64,000 nt of DNA from Candidatus Tenderia sp. (GCA_031416075.1 JANOSY010000073.1:1-64000), one strand, 5' to 3'. Shown: positions 1 through 11,471, counted from the stretch's first letter. Program-made: numbers and translations. Notes: a model not told the origin generated them from the letters alone.

Positions 1-39
1 AAACAATAGTGTGTTCAGCGTGTTGGGTTTTTTTCATCA

Positions 40-142
40 GGCTAACTCACCAATCAACCGGACCCACTCCAGCGGCGGACCTATTCACTCCGTCTTTGCC
101 TTGTGCGCCGCTTCCGTGGTCCGGTTATCAGAAACGTTAGAC
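40..142 (+). mobile_element. attC: integron attC site
   Basis: R'' GGCTAAC (40-46) to R' GTTAGAC (136-142), 103 bp imperfect palindrome (AACCGGACC...GGTCCGGTT); near-identical copies at 1259 and 1626. Confidence 0.9.
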
Positions 143-166
143 ACCGAAAGCTGATCGGCTTATAAT
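138..166 (+). promoter_or_regulatory. sigma70 promoter of the TA cassette
   Basis: TAGACA (138-143), 17 bp spacer, TATAAT (161-166); RBS AGGAGA before the ATG at 191. Confidence 0.7.
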
Positions 167-190
167 TAAAGTACATTCAGGAGAACCAAC

Positions 191-403
191 ATGGTTACAC
201 TTGCAAGCATCACACAGCGGCACCCTGAAATCCTCAGTGGAACCCCTGTCTTTGTTGGCACCCGCGTTCCCGTTCGGTCGCTCTTCGACTACCTGGAGGG
301 TGGCGACACGCTGGAGGAATTCTTGCGTCAATTCCCATCCGTAAAACGCGAACAAGCCATTGCCGTGCTTGATGCAGCCTACGAAACGGTTATAGCGGGC
401 TGA
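191..403 (+). CDS. DUF433-family antitoxin (VapB45-like)
   Basis: 70 aa, motif HPEILSGTPVFVGTRVPV...G.T.EEFL.QFP; overlaps the downstream PIN gene. Confidence 0.9.
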   Translation: MVTLASITQRHPEILSGTPVFVGTRVPVRSLFDYLEGGDTLEEFLRQFPSVKREQAIAVLDAAYETVIAG

Positions 404-723
404 TGCGCATTTTGCTTGATGAAAACTTCCCGGTCGACTTCTCAAAATTGCTGGTGGGTCACGAGGTTTTCACTGTGCATAACCTCGGCTGGTCAGGCGT
501 CAAAAACGGCGAGCTTCTTCGCCGCGTCCATAGCGTTTGCGAGGTTTTTGTAACGCTTGACCGTAATCTTGAGTTTCAACAAAACCTCAAGATCCTGCCC
601 TTTGGTGTCGTGGTTGTGCGTTCCGTTTCTAATCGCATGGCCGACCTCACACCACACATCACCAGCATTCTTGCAGCCGCAAGCCGGGTTACACCAGGCC
701 AGGTAGAGCGCGCCAGTGCCTAG
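403..723 (+). CDS. DUF5615 PIN-like toxin (VapC45-like)
   Basis: MRILLDEN...GWSGVKNGELL...FVTLDRNL.FQQN; translationally coupled to the DUF433 gene. Confidence 0.9.
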   Translation: MRILLDENFPVDFSKLLVGHEVFTVHNLGWSGVKNGELLRRVHSVCEVFVTLDRNLEFQQNLKILPFGVVVVRSVSNRMADLTPHITSILAAASRVTPGQVERASA

Positions 724-871
724 CCACGCTCCATTCACGACGCAAGCTGAGGTCAGGTATAGAGGGTTCCCGCGCTTTAACAGGTAACACACGTTACAGG
801 CAACCCCGAGCATATTACGTTGTCCCCGGGTTTTGGCCGGGTGGGCGCGTCTTGTGCAATATCTTCCCAAG

Positions 872-994
872 GTCTAACATATCATTCAAGAGGGACACGC
901 CTTGTCGGGGCATTGCTGGGGTGAAGGTGTCATCCGGTTCACGGGCGTTGCTCCAGCTTCATGGTTGGCGCGCCCCTTAATTCAAACGTTAGCC
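872..994 (+). mobile_element. attC: integron attC site of the TA cassette
   Basis: R'' GTCTAAC (872-878) is the exact complement of the cassette's own 5' GTTAGAC (136-142); R' GTTAGCC at 988-994; inner arms AAGAGGGACACGCC/GGCGCGCCCCTTAA. Confidence 0.9.
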
Positions 995-1355
995 TAAAAA
1001 TATAAAAACCAATGGGGTGTCTTCGTGCTCATAGAATTAAATCGTGCGGCATTGGTAAAAAGCATTATGCTGTGGTTTCGTATTTGCAGCGCCAGTCGTT
1101 GTGCGTGTGCTCTGAGGCGGGCTTTGTTCATTCAGTGTGCTACATTTAAGCACATCGTGATCTGAAAGCTTTTTGGGAAGTGGTCGCCACTAGCAGGCAG
1201 TGGGCCGCTCAGTTATCAAACTTCTTGGGGGGTTCATCTTGTTGGGCTTTGTTCATCAGGCTAACTCACCAATTAACCGGACCCACTCCAGCGGCGGACC
1301 TGTTCACTCCGTCTTTGCCTTGTGCGCCGCTTCCGTGGTCCGGTTATCAGAAACG
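989..1355 (+). mobile_element. ORF-less integron gene cassette, copy 1 (367 bp)
   Basis: Bounded by GTTAGCC and GGCTAAC-attC; no ORF of 60 aa or more in the track; near-identical to 1356-1722. Confidence 0.85.
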
Positions 1356-1361
1356 TTAGCC
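1259..1361 (+). mobile_element. attC: integron attC site
   Basis: GGCTAAC (1259-1265) to GTTAGCC (1355-1361); same family as 40-142. Confidence 0.9.
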
Positions 1362-1722
1362 TAAAAATATAAAAACCAATTGGGTGTCTTCGTGCTCATA
1401 GAATTAAATCGTGCGGCATTGGTAAAAGGCATTATGCTGTGGTTTCGTATTTACAGCGCCAGTCGTTGTGCGTGTGCTCTGAGGCGGGCTTTGTTCATTC
1501 AGTGTGCTACATTTAAGCACATCGTGATCTGAAATCTTTTTGGGAAGTGGTCGCCACTAGCAGGCAGTGGGCCGCTCAGTTATCAAACTTCTTGGGGGGT
1601 TCATCTTGTTGGGCTTTGTTCATCAGGCTAACTCACCAATCAACCGGACCCACTCCAGCGGCGGACCTATTCACTACATCTTTGCCTTGTGCGCCGCTTC
1701 CGTGGTCCGGTTATCAGAAACG
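1356..1722 (+). mobile_element. ORF-less integron gene cassette, copy 2 (367 bp)
   Basis: Tandem near-identical copy of 989-1355 with a few substitutions. Confidence 0.85.
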
Positions 1723-1728
1723 TTAGCC
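1626..1728 (+). mobile_element. attC: integron attC site
   Basis: GGCTAAC (1626-1632) to GTTAGCC (1722-1728). Confidence 0.9.
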
Positions 1729-1957
1729 TAAAAGAATAAAAACAAATTGGGTGTTTTCGTGCTTGTAGAATTACACTGTGGGGCCGTTGGTAAAGGCATT
1801 GTGTCCAGGGTCTCGTATTTGCAGCGCCAGCCATTAAGTGCATACTCAATGCGGGCGCTGTTCATTCAGTGTGCTGTGGTTAAGCGCATCGTGATCTGAA
1901 AGATTTTTGGGAAGTGGTCACCACTAGCTGGCAGTGGGCTGCTCAGTTATAAACAAT
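1723..1957 (+). mobile_element. diverged ORF-less cassette truncated by the IS
   Basis: Colinear with copies 1 and 2 but more diverged; stops at AAACAAT, the sequence with which the partial cassette at 1-39 begins, then the IS left end starts. Confidence 0.8.
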
Positions 1958-1987
1958 TGTAGTGGCATAGTTAATTTGGCCACCTGA

Positions 1988-3204
<1,217 letters not shown>

Positions 3205-3212
3205 CCACTACA

Positions 3213-3331
3213 AGCATAGCTAGTTGATCCTCACTACTAAGCCCCCAATGTTCAAACAGGCGGGTTACCATTCGTGCTAAAGCGCCCCGATCCTGCTCTT
3301 GCCCATTCAGTGCTGCGCTAGGTGTATTCAT
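3213..3331 (-). pseudogene. 5' fragment of an Xre/MbcA/ParS-family antitoxin gene truncated by the IS
   Basis: DRGALARMVTRLFEHWGLSSEDQLAML resembles the N-terminal HTH of Xre/MbcA antitoxins; good RBS; the frame enters the IS right end at about codon 40. Confidence 0.65.
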
Positions 3332-3755
3332 GACGATACTCCTCCCTCAATCTATCAATAGTAGCAGAATATGTTGCAAATGCTACAAAACTCCAATTAA
3401 AAGCAACTGTCAGCCTGTGCAGCGCTCTTAAGGGACGTATTGCCGTACGTAAGACGACCACAATACGGTTACTGATAAAACAAGCCCTCGTTTGTTGGAT
3501 CTTTTTGCTGTTGCACTAACAAATGGTGAAGAGGTAATACTCAAATGCTTTAGTAGAAAAGCCATTCTGACGTTATATTCATCCCCTAAAGTATGAAAAC
3601 AGCCCCACCAGTAGCCGTTGCATATATCGATAAGTATTACTATAGTTCTGCCATCTGGAAAATCTGTTAGTTACAAAAAATGCTGATGGGGCCAAGAGAG
3701 CACATTGTCTTGTCATAGCTCATTTTTGTTATGGAAAACGTTAATGGAGCCAATA

Positions 3756-5492
3756 ATGCCTCGTTCAAAATCAACATTAGCGGCGTGGCTGTTTACCTTA
3801 GCCACCTCAGCACTGTTTAGTACACCACCCACAGCTGCAATCACCAATACACAAGTAACCAATAACAGCACACAGATTTATTATAGTTACACCTATAGCG
3901 GAGCCCCCACCTACAAGCGGGCTTATATTGATACTGACCGTAATGCAGGGACGGGACTTCGAGTTGCTACAATTGGTGCCAATTTTCTCATTGAAAATGG
4001 GAATCTATATAAACACGCTGGAGGGGGCTGGAACTGGCAGTTTATTAAATCCGTCAGTTATTCAAATGCCAGTAATATTGCAAAATGGACTGTTTTACGT
4101 GCTGATATTGGTGAGTCCGCGCAGCCAAATGATGCTGATCTACTATTTCAGACAGAGTCGCCATTGGATACGTCAGCCAAAATAACACATATATATAGTG
4201 GCAATACAACGGTCTCTTACGCAGCAGATAACACCTTGTTTATAAATCCTGAACGTGGTTTTTATCACCATACTGGAGACTGTGATAAAGATCTGTTTGA
4301 TCTGAACACCTTAAAAAACTACCGGACCAATGAGGCTATCTCACTGGTTATGTGTGTGTTTTATCTTGATGGCTTTCAAAACAGCCTAATCAGCCAGGTC
4401 GCATTGGATCGACTTCAATCCCAGTTGAATACAGTCCGCTCTGCGGGCTTAAAGGTTATTTTGCGTTTTGCTTATACGTCCCAGACGAGTGGTAATGATG
4501 CACCGCTTAGCCGTGTCTTAGACCATCTCAACCAACTGACCACTATCTTTCAAGGCAATAGCGATGTCATCAATGTTGTACAAGCAGGACTGATTGGTGC
4601 GTGGGGTGAATGGTATTACACACAGAACTTTGGCAACGAAGGGAACGTATCAGCGGCCGACTGGCTTAATCGTAAGTTAGTTGCTGACAAATTACTCTCG
4701 GTGTTGCCTACATCACGTATGATTCAATTGCGTACCCCAACGATTAAACGCACCATGTATGGGACAACGGCGATAACAGCCAGTCAAGCTTACAATGGTT
4801 CTACTAATGCCCGCATTGGCCATCATAACGACTGCTTTTTGGCAAGTGCCACAGATTTTGGAACGTATCAAAATATTACTGTTGAGTACCCATATCTGGC
4901 TGCCGAGACACAATACTTGCCTATGGGGGGCGAAAGCTGTGCAGTTAATCCACTCCGCTCCGAATGTGCCACAGCGATGGATGAACTTGCCAGATTTCAC
5001 TGGTCATATTTAAACACGGATTATAATCTGGGAGTGCTGAACAGCTGGCAAACAGGAGGGTGTTTAACTGAAATAAAACGACGGATGGGTTACCGATTTG
5101 AGTTAAAGAGTGGCACGTTTCCTACAACAACAAAAGCTGGTGGCTCACTGCCTTTTATCTTATCACTACAAAACATAGGATTTTCTGCCCCATTCAATGC
5201 ACGTAATGTGGAATTAATACTGCGTAATACATCAACTGGTGCTTTATATCGATTCCCACTCCCCTTTGATCCACGTTTATGGCTGGCAAGCACTACGGTA
5301 AATCTAAGCCATGCCATCACACTTCCGGCAAATATTCCTGCTGGTGACTACTCGCTGCTGCTCAACTTGCCTGACCCTGCAACAACACTGAAAAATTTGC
5401 CTGCGTATTCAATCAGGCTTGCAAATAATGGGGTTTGGGAGGCGGCAAGTGGTTTTAATAAGCTGTTACATATAGTGACTATTACACCTTAG
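3756..5492 (+). CDS. secreted DUF4874/DUF4832-domain protein (putative glycoside hydrolase-like)
   Basis: Signal peptide; NPERGFY, K.ILRFAY, QAG.IGAWGEW, RIGHHNDCFLAS, MGGE, LN..YN and GYRF motifs; RBS GGAG before ATG 3756. Confidence 0.8.
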   Translation: MPRSKSTLAAWLFTLATSALFSTPPTAAITNTQVTNNSTQIYYSYTYSGAPTYKRAYIDTDRNAGTGLRVATIGANFLIENGNLYKHAGGGWNWQFIKSVSYSNASNIAKWTVLRADIGESAQPNDADLLFQTESPLDTSAKITHIYSGNTTVSYAADNTLFINPERGFYHHTGDCDKDLFDLNTLKNYRTNEAISLVMCVFYLDGFQNSLISQVALDRLQSQLNTVRSAGLKVILRFAYTSQTSGNDAPLSRVLDHLNQLTTIFQGNSDVINVVQAGLIGAWGEWYYTQNFGNEGNVSAADWLNRKLVADKLLSVLPTSRMIQLRTPTIKRTMYGTTAITASQAYNGSTNARIGHHNDCFLASATDFGTYQNITVEYPYLAAETQYLPMGGESCAVNPLRSECATAMDELARFHWSYLNTDYNLGVLNSWQTGGCLTEIKRRMGYRFELKSGTFPTTTKAGGSLPFILSLQNIGFSAPFNARNVELILRNTSTGALYRFPLPFDPRLWLASTTVNLSHAITLPANIPAGDYSLLLNLPDPATTLKNLPAYSIRLANNGVWEAASGFNKLLHIVTITP

Positions 5493-5676
5493 CCCTGTAG
5501 TGTTAGTAAGGAGAACTGCGTCATCCCGATAAAACCACCCATACAAAAATGGTTATCTATTGTCATTTTGGTAGCTCTTTAAGGTAATAACTTGTGATTT
5601 TATAGTAAATATTACCTTTTTTTAGAACTCTCATTGGGTCAGAATAAAGATAGATAATTATTGGAGGGGAGTATTT

Positions 5677-6459
5677 ATGTCATCACATATCAAGAAACTG
5701 GCACCATCTATGAGTTATATGGATGGTGAGTTGCCTCTGTCAGTAAGGATTAATGCCTTGGGTGATATCAGTGAGATATTCAATCATCACGTTGGAAATT
5801 TCTTTCCATACGATTTTTCTGTTATTGGCAAGGCATATTTAAGTGGTAATAGCATCGAGGTTAGTGATGTTTTTTTGCAGCAGGGCGAACTTCACAATAC
5901 ACATACACGTTTAATCACGGACTGTAATTCACTGCTATCTATCTGGAGAGTTATGCGGCAGGTCTGTCTGCTGGACCTAGGCCCATGTGGCTGTATTGGG
6001 AGTTTACGCAATAGTAATACTGACATTAACAAACGAAGCTTTATGGTTCATGGGCACGGCACAGATGAGTTCCACGTTATATTCATTATTCTCAGCACCC
6101 ATCAACGATCTTGTAATAATACTGACAAACAATTTCTTCACGATGTTATGCCTGCTTTAGCACAAACATTAGAACAACTATCTCAGGAGGGTGTAACTGC
6201 CGAAGAAAAACTGATCGCATATGATCAATTGCAGACCTCACAATCTATACCAGAATTAATGTCACCACTATCAGCAAGAGAGATAGAGATAGTCAACTGT
6301 CTTGCTGAGGGAAAGACAAATAAGGAGATTGCCCGAAACCTAGGCACAAGCCCGCACACAGTGAGGAATCAGGTATCTCGTTTATCCCAAAAAGTAGGAG
6401 CACGAAACCGTACCCAAATAGTCTCTTTAACAGCACTTCTCCAACAAAAAAAAATTTAG
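5677..6459 (+). CDS. LuxR-family transcriptional regulator
   Basis: C-terminal LSAREIEIV..LAEGKTNKEIARNLG.SPHTVRNQV HTH; unrecognised N-terminal sensor domain. Confidence 0.85.
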   Translation: MSSHIKKLAPSMSYMDGELPLSVRINALGDISEIFNHHVGNFFPYDFSVIGKAYLSGNSIEVSDVFLQQGELHNTHTRLITDCNSLLSIWRVMRQVCLLDLGPCGCIGSLRNSNTDINKRSFMVHGHGTDEFHVIFIILSTHQRSCNNTDKQFLHDVMPALAQTLEQLSQEGVTAEEKLIAYDQLQTSQSIPELMSPLSAREIEIVNCLAEGKTNKEIARNLGTSPHTVRNQVSRLSQKVGARNRTQIVSLTALLQQKKI

Positions 6460-6502
6460 GATCCATCGAATGAGCTACGACTATTTAAATAACACCCTCA
6501 TT

Positions 6503-7666
6503 TTAGAATCGCCACACCGCTTCCAATTTGATCCGGTCTAGCTCATCAAATGCAGAGGGTTCCGCGTTATGGTTCACATAAAACCAATCTACTTCCGTGC
6601 GCAATTCAAGATTCTTATCCCACTCATAACCTAATTTAAGGGATAACCACTCTTCATCACCACCGATTTGATGCCACCAGAAGAGACGCATATTTCCACG
6701 ATTTTGTAAAAACTTATATTGTGCTAGCAATGAGACATAGCGCTGGGAATAATTTGTCGTATTATATGAACCAGGCGTAGTAGCCTCCCAATAGAGTTGT
6801 GGGCTAAAGAAAAGATGGCCGTACTCCCAATCAAATCCAACAAGCGCTTGCTCTTGGCGTTGTGGTATGTATGAAAAATCCGTATTAAATGTATCCGTTT
6901 CGCTATACACCCATTCAGCACGAATAATTCCCGGCCCTGCGGGCCAATCCGCACTTGCCCCCCATAAATATCGTCGTGCACTACCCATATCAAAATCACC
7001 ATCTGAAAGAGGTTGCCATAACGGTTCATGATTCCAACCATTTAGCCAATACAAACCAAGATCCAGCTCCCCCATCTGACGGCTCAGGCGTGCCCCAGTA
7101 ACCCCATGCATTGATCTACCCTTAGGGGTCTCTAATGAGTGGTTAAAGGCGGGTTGCAATAGTGGAAAGCTCGGATCAACAGCATTGAGGCGTCGGTCAG
7201 GTCCAGCAAATAGCTGCCATTCCCACACACTCACTTGCCCATCCCATTGCACCATCCATAACGGGATTCGGGCATCCGCTGCAACCATATAAAAAGCATC
7301 CGGGTATCGCAATGGATTAACAGTGTCTAACAAGCGAAAAGCATCCGCTCTCCCCCAAGCGATCTGTTGGCGGCCAATCCGTAATGTACTTTGATCAATC
7401 TGCCAGGTTAAATAAGCCTCGCGTAGTTCTATTTCTGAGTTTTCCCCCCAGGGAGTATCTATTGTTTCTGCACGTACACCAATATAGGCCCGGCCTCTAA
7501 GTAGATTCTCCCTCCAGTTCAGACGCAAATCACCACGCCCTGCCATCTCGTTTTTTTTTGCATCAGGATAATAGTCAAGGCCCGTGCGCATCTCAATATT
7601 AGCCTCTGAAGAAAAAGCGTGTGTTGCATATACTGCAATAAATATAACCAAAAACTTTAAAAACAT
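6503..7666 (-). CDS. outer-membrane beta-barrel protein (DUF1302-like)
   Basis: Signal peptide; ELREAYL...LRIGRQQIAWGRAD motif; C-terminal aromatic beta-signal (..WRF). Confidence 0.7.
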   Translation of the reverse strand: MFLKFLVIFIAVYATHAFSSEANIEMRTGLDYYPDAKKNEMAGRGDLRLNWRENLLRGRAYIGVRAETIDTPWGENSEIELREAYLTWQIDQSTLRIGRQQIAWGRADAFRLLDTVNPLRYPDAFYMVAADARIPLWMVQWDGQVSVWEWQLFAGPDRRLNAVDPSFPLLQPAFNHSLETPKGRSMHGVTGARLSRQMGELDLGLYWLNGWNHEPLWQPLSDGDFDMGSARRYLWGASADWPAGPGIIRAEWVYSETDTFNTDFSYIPQRQEQALVGFDWEYGHLFFSPQLYWEATTPGSYNTTNYSQRYVSLLAQYKFLQNRGNMRLFWWHQIGGDEEWLSLKLGYEWDKNLELRTEVDWFYVNHNAEPSAFDELDRIKLEAVWRF

Positions 7667-8434
7667 TTAATCGGCACGTAAATAACGAGAAGAGACGTAA
7701 TAATCGTCAAGCGTAATGTCCAACGCACGCTCTTTTATGGTTAATTGCGTCACTCTTTTATTAACCATATTTTCCATCTTAATCACTTGTGGCCTCCAAT
7801 AATTACCCTCTCTTTTTATGCTACTGGCTGTCAATCTCTTTATTAATTCACCAGAATGGTCAAAATATTCGATAGCAACCGGATATTGAGAGGGTATGTC
7901 AATGTAGTATATCTTTTTAGAATATCCAGATGCTTCACGCTCATGATTATTGTCAGGCTCCGCCAAAATAACAATACACCGGCTATCACCACACGCAGTC
8001 TCTTTTACAATACTGAATTTGTATAAATTAATTTTATAATCTTCAAAATCCTCATGCGTAAACTCTGTCCCCATAAACCAATTTGTTTTTTCACTACCAG
8101 ATACCCGCCTAAATTTACGCGTTGCTGGCAAGTACAACCAAATATCATTGGCCTCCTTATTTCTGTCTTCAATTAACAGCCCCGTACCTTGTAAAATAGG
8201 AGGTGATATAAACTTTATAAGAGAGACCTCTTTGTCTGTCTCATGTTTATAAAAAAATTCCATATCACGCGACTGAACAAGTTTTTTATCTTGGTCAAAA
8301 ATATCCATCTTAAATAAAGATTTCTCTGTCAAACTCTTAGTGGTTTCTTCAGAACGTTCCATTAAATTACGTCCATCTTCTGAAAATGCAGGCATTGATG
8401 ACATTAAAATTAAACACACAATAATTATCTTCAT
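7667..8434 (-). CDS. LolA-like outer-membrane lipoprotein-sorting protein (DUF1329/LolA_like)
   Basis: Signal peptide; F.SP...GTGLL...DIWLYLPATRK.RR.S...FMGTEFT.ED motif. Confidence 0.8.
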   Translation of the reverse strand: MKIIIVCLILMSSMPAFSEDGRNLMERSEETTKSLTEKSLFKMDIFDQDKKLVQSRDMEFFYKHETDKEVSLIKFISPPILQGTGLLIEDRNKEANDIWLYLPATRKFRRVSGSEKTNWFMGTEFTHEDFEDYKINLYKFSIVKETACGDSRCIVILAEPDNNHEREASGYSKKIYYIDIPSQYPVAIEYFDHSGELIKRLTASSIKREGNYWRPQVIKMENMVNKRVTQLTIKERALDITLDDYYVSSRYLRAD

Positions 8435-10779
8435 CCAAAACTTCTCCTACGTAACGTCTCTGACATTGTCATATTTTTGATCTTTTTAATAACAGGGATG
8501 GTAGTTACTGGTAATAAAGCCAGCGCCGGGATCATTACAAATATAGGATCACGCCAATCAAATAGTGTTGGCACATTAAACCATGCCTGACCCAATATAC
8601 TATTTAGTATCATAGCCAGAATATATCCCATCGGAAGCGATAAAATAATACCAATAACACCCAGAATACTCACTTCGACCTTTATCATTTTTGACAGTGT
8701 CTTCTGCTCAAATCCCAGTATTTCAAGCAAAACAAAATCAGACTCGCGTTCCATGAAGGTAAAAGAGCTACTGGTAAACAGAAACAGTAGTGCAACACCA
8801 ATACTAAAAGCGGCAGCAAGGTAGACAATACCCGCAATCTCTTTTAAGTGAGCGATTACCTCCGCAACAAGCTCTGAACGTACAGTGACCTTCCCTACTC
8901 GACTATCTTGATAAAACGCTGAACTAAGATTGCTATTTTGATTAGCAGAGACCAATACTCCTGTGTTCTGATCATTAAGATCTAACCAGTGTCGTGCTGC
9001 ATTGATGGTTGTAAATGTTTCACCCGGTAATGCACCAGAGAACACCCCCACTAAAACAGCCTCCACATCACCTTGTTTTCCCTCTACGGTGAGTGATTCA
9101 CCAATGGTTATACCCAGGCTTGCGGCTAACTTTCTCTCCATAACCACTGAATTGGTATCAGAAGAGTTCAATCCTCTACCCTCTAATATTATCAAGGATC
9201 GTAAGCTATCGTCCGGAGACACCCCAATTAGCAATCCACTTTCACGTTTATTATTCACAGCAAACCTGGCAGGACCACGGACAAACAGATCTAAACTCTG
9301 AACACCTGAAATATTATTCAGATCCTCCAACTCGTCATCCCACACAGGTGATAAAAAGTCGACGGCATACTCCCAGTTATCCTTAGAGAATCCATTAACA
9401 ATCGCCCCCTGAAAAGAGCTTAATGCAACAAAATAGGCCAGCGCTGGTGCCAATGCCAGAGCCACCGAGACAACCGTCATTAAACTTGCGTAACGGCGAC
9501 GGAGTATTGATTGTATCGAATAACGCCACACTGGAGAGCTCAATTTTGATGCCGAGGCACCGTGATCAGGAGCGGGAGACGGTGGGGAGTCACGCACAGC
9601 GCTGAGCGGTGTGATTTTCAAGGCCTGGCGCAATGGATAAGAGACCCCTGCTATACAGGCAAAGATAAGACCGAAAAAGGCCCACACAATATGTGGTGAA
9701 AAGAGTACTAAATTGGGTGAAGGTAAACCAATCGCGTTGGCATACTCCATTCCAAAACCGTACAGCATAACAAAAGATATACCAATACCACTTAATGTCC
9801 CACCAATAGCAATCACAGATACCGGTACAAATACCCGTAATGCCATAGATCCTTTGCCATACCCTAATGCAGAGAACACACCTAGCTGTTGACGTTGCCG
9901 TGCGACCCATTGGTATAAGAGAAAAAATAGAATAGTCACCGCACACACAGCAAAAATTGCAACAATAGCGGGGGTAAATATTCTAAATGCACCTAAGTCG
10001 ACATTAAGAAACATATGGCCAAATTGGTGTGATAGAGGAATATCCTCATCAATAGAGAGTTTGCTTTTTGACCGATTCAAAACCTCTTTTGCAATATTTT
10101 CAGGAAGATCATTAGCAGAGAGATTGCCCGTAAACAAAACACTATTGACAAGATCAAAACCCAAACGTTGATGCATTAATGTACGTGGGGCAAAAATAAC
10201 ACCTAAAGAGCCTTTTGATGGTAAGAAAAAATTAGGATTTGCGCCATCAACGAGGTGTTCTACACTAATAGCGATACCCCGTACTGTTAGGTTAAAGGTA
10301 GCTTTACCAATATTAAGGTGTAATTCATCCCCAATTTTATAGTCATAGTGGCGCGCTAAATTTCGATCTATAACAATTTCAGAGGGTTTTTCATTATCCA
10401 AATCCTCACCCTCTGTGATCAATAATTTATTAATCTTTGCATCAGCTGTAACGGATACCATTAGACTAGAGAGTGGCATACCATCTTTAAGCACAATATT
10501 TCCCGGTAATAATAGTCTCTGTTCAATACTCTCTATACCTGAAATATCGCTCCAATTCGGAATGTTTTTACTATCTTCTGGCGTAAATCTTATTTCATGG
10601 GCAGCAATATTTGCTTGTTGATAAAGACCATCTCGAAAAGAGAAGAGACTATCGATGGCAGAATATAATCCGGCATACATTCCAAAACCGGCCCCCATAA
10701 TTAACATTACCGCAACAGTTCGCCAACGCATTCCCCATAATTCACGTATCGATGAACGGACTGGCAATAATCCACTCAT
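8431..10779 (-). CDS. ABC transporter permease, duplicated MacB/FtsX (LolC/E-like)
   Basis: Two halves, each TM + periplasmic domain + 3 TM, with R.Q.G...ALG and ER......ILG motifs; ATG at 10779 overlaps the upstream stop. Confidence 0.85.
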   Translation of the reverse strand: MSGLLPVRSSIRELWGMRWRTVAVMLIMGAGFGMYAGLYSAIDSLFSFRDGLYQQANIAAHEIRFTPEDSKNIPNWSDISGIESIEQRLLLPGNIVLKDGMPLSSLMVSVTADAKINKLLITEGEDLDNEKPSEIVIDRNLARHYDYKIGDELHLNIGKATFNLTVRGIAISVEHLVDGANPNFFLPSKGSLGVIFAPRTLMHQRLGFDLVNSVLFTGNLSANDLPENIAKEVLNRSKSKLSIDEDIPLSHQFGHMFLNVDLGAFRIFTPAIVAIFAVCAVTILFFLLYQWVARQRQQLGVFSALGYGKGSMALRVFVPVSVIAIGGTLSGIGISFVMLYGFGMEYANAIGLPSPNLVLFSPHIVWAFFGLIFACIAGVSYPLRQALKITPLSAVRDSPPSPAPDHGASASKLSSPVWRYSIQSILRRRYASLMTVVSVALALAPALAYFVALSSFQGAIVNGFSKDNWEYAVDFLSPVWDDELEDLNNISGVQSLDLFVRGPARFAVNNKRESGLLIGVSPDDSLRSLIILEGRGLNSSDTNSVVMERKLAASLGITIGESLTVEGKQGDVEAVLVGVFSGALPGETFTTINAARHWLDLNDQNTGVLVSANQNSNLSSAFYQDSRVGKVTVRSELVAEVIAHLKEIAGIVYLAAAFSIGVALLFLFTSSSFTFMERESDFVLLEILGFEQKTLSKMIKVEVSILGVIGIILSLPMGYILAMILNSILGQAWFNVPTLFDWRDPIFVMIPALALLPVTTIPVIKKIKNMTMSETLRRRSFG

Positions 10780-11471
10780 GCTGGCACACATGCGTGAACA
10801 CACCCATCAATCAATGTTAGAGAACGATCTGTATGTCGCGCAATTTCTGGGTTATGGGTAACAATAATCAATGCCGACCCCGCTTTACGGCACTGATCAA
10901 GCAGTACTTTAAGCACCTGCTCTCCAGTATTGGGGTCTAGATTTCCGGTGGGTTCATCAGCCAGAATTAACGGTGAATTCTTCACAATTGCTCGTGCTAT
11001 GGCAACCCTCTGTTGTTGTCCACCAGACAGTTGTGATGGAAATGAGCGCTCATAATTAGACAATCCTACAAGGTCCAGGCTATTTAAGACCTTATCACGG
11101 GCCCCTTTAGGTAATGGTCCAGAGGCATCCAAACCCGTCAGTACATTTTCAAATACAGTTAACGATGAAATTAAGTTATAAAACTGAAATACAAATCCAA
11201 CATTGTGGCGTCGATGGTCGGCTAAGTCTTGTGACTTCATATCAAGAAGCGCCCCATTAATATGCAACGTGCCTGAATCAGCCGTCTCAATTCCACCTAA
11301 GATGCTCAACAATGTTGACTTTCCAGTTCCCGACACACCTAATAACGCAATAGATTCGCCACTAGACATCGATAGATTGACATCTGACAATACCGTAGTT
11401 TCAGTAACCCCCTGAAAGTATGATTTTTTAATTCCGGATGCCTGTATAAATGAAGATGTAGTACCTGTCAT
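10776..11471 (-). CDS. ABC transporter ATP-binding protein (LolD/MacB-like)
   Basis: Walker [42 protein letters not shown]. Confidence 0.95.
   Translation of the reverse strand: MTGTTSSFIQASGIKKSYFQGVTETTVLSDVNLSMSSGESIALLGVSGTGKSTLLSILGGIETADSGTLHINGALLDMKSQDLADHRRHNVGFVFQFYNLISSLTVFENVLTGLDASGPLPKGARDKVLNSLDLVGLSNYERSFPSQLSGGQQQRVAIARAIVKNSPLILADEPTGNLDPNTGEQVLKVLLDQCRKAGSALIIVTHNPEIARHTDRSLTLIDGCVHACVPA

Noticed and set aside
1012-1531. 45-50 codon ORFs inside the ORF-less cassettes
   Set aside because: Start codons and frames differ between the near-identical copies (ATGGGG versus ATTGGG), the diverged copy has an early stop, and there is no RBS.
40-1728. Regularly spaced palindromic repeats that could be read as a CRISPR array
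   Set aside because: The repeats are 103 bp with RYYYAAC/GTTRRRY-type ends, the intervening units are hundreds of bp and similar to each other, and there are no cas genes. These are attC sites.
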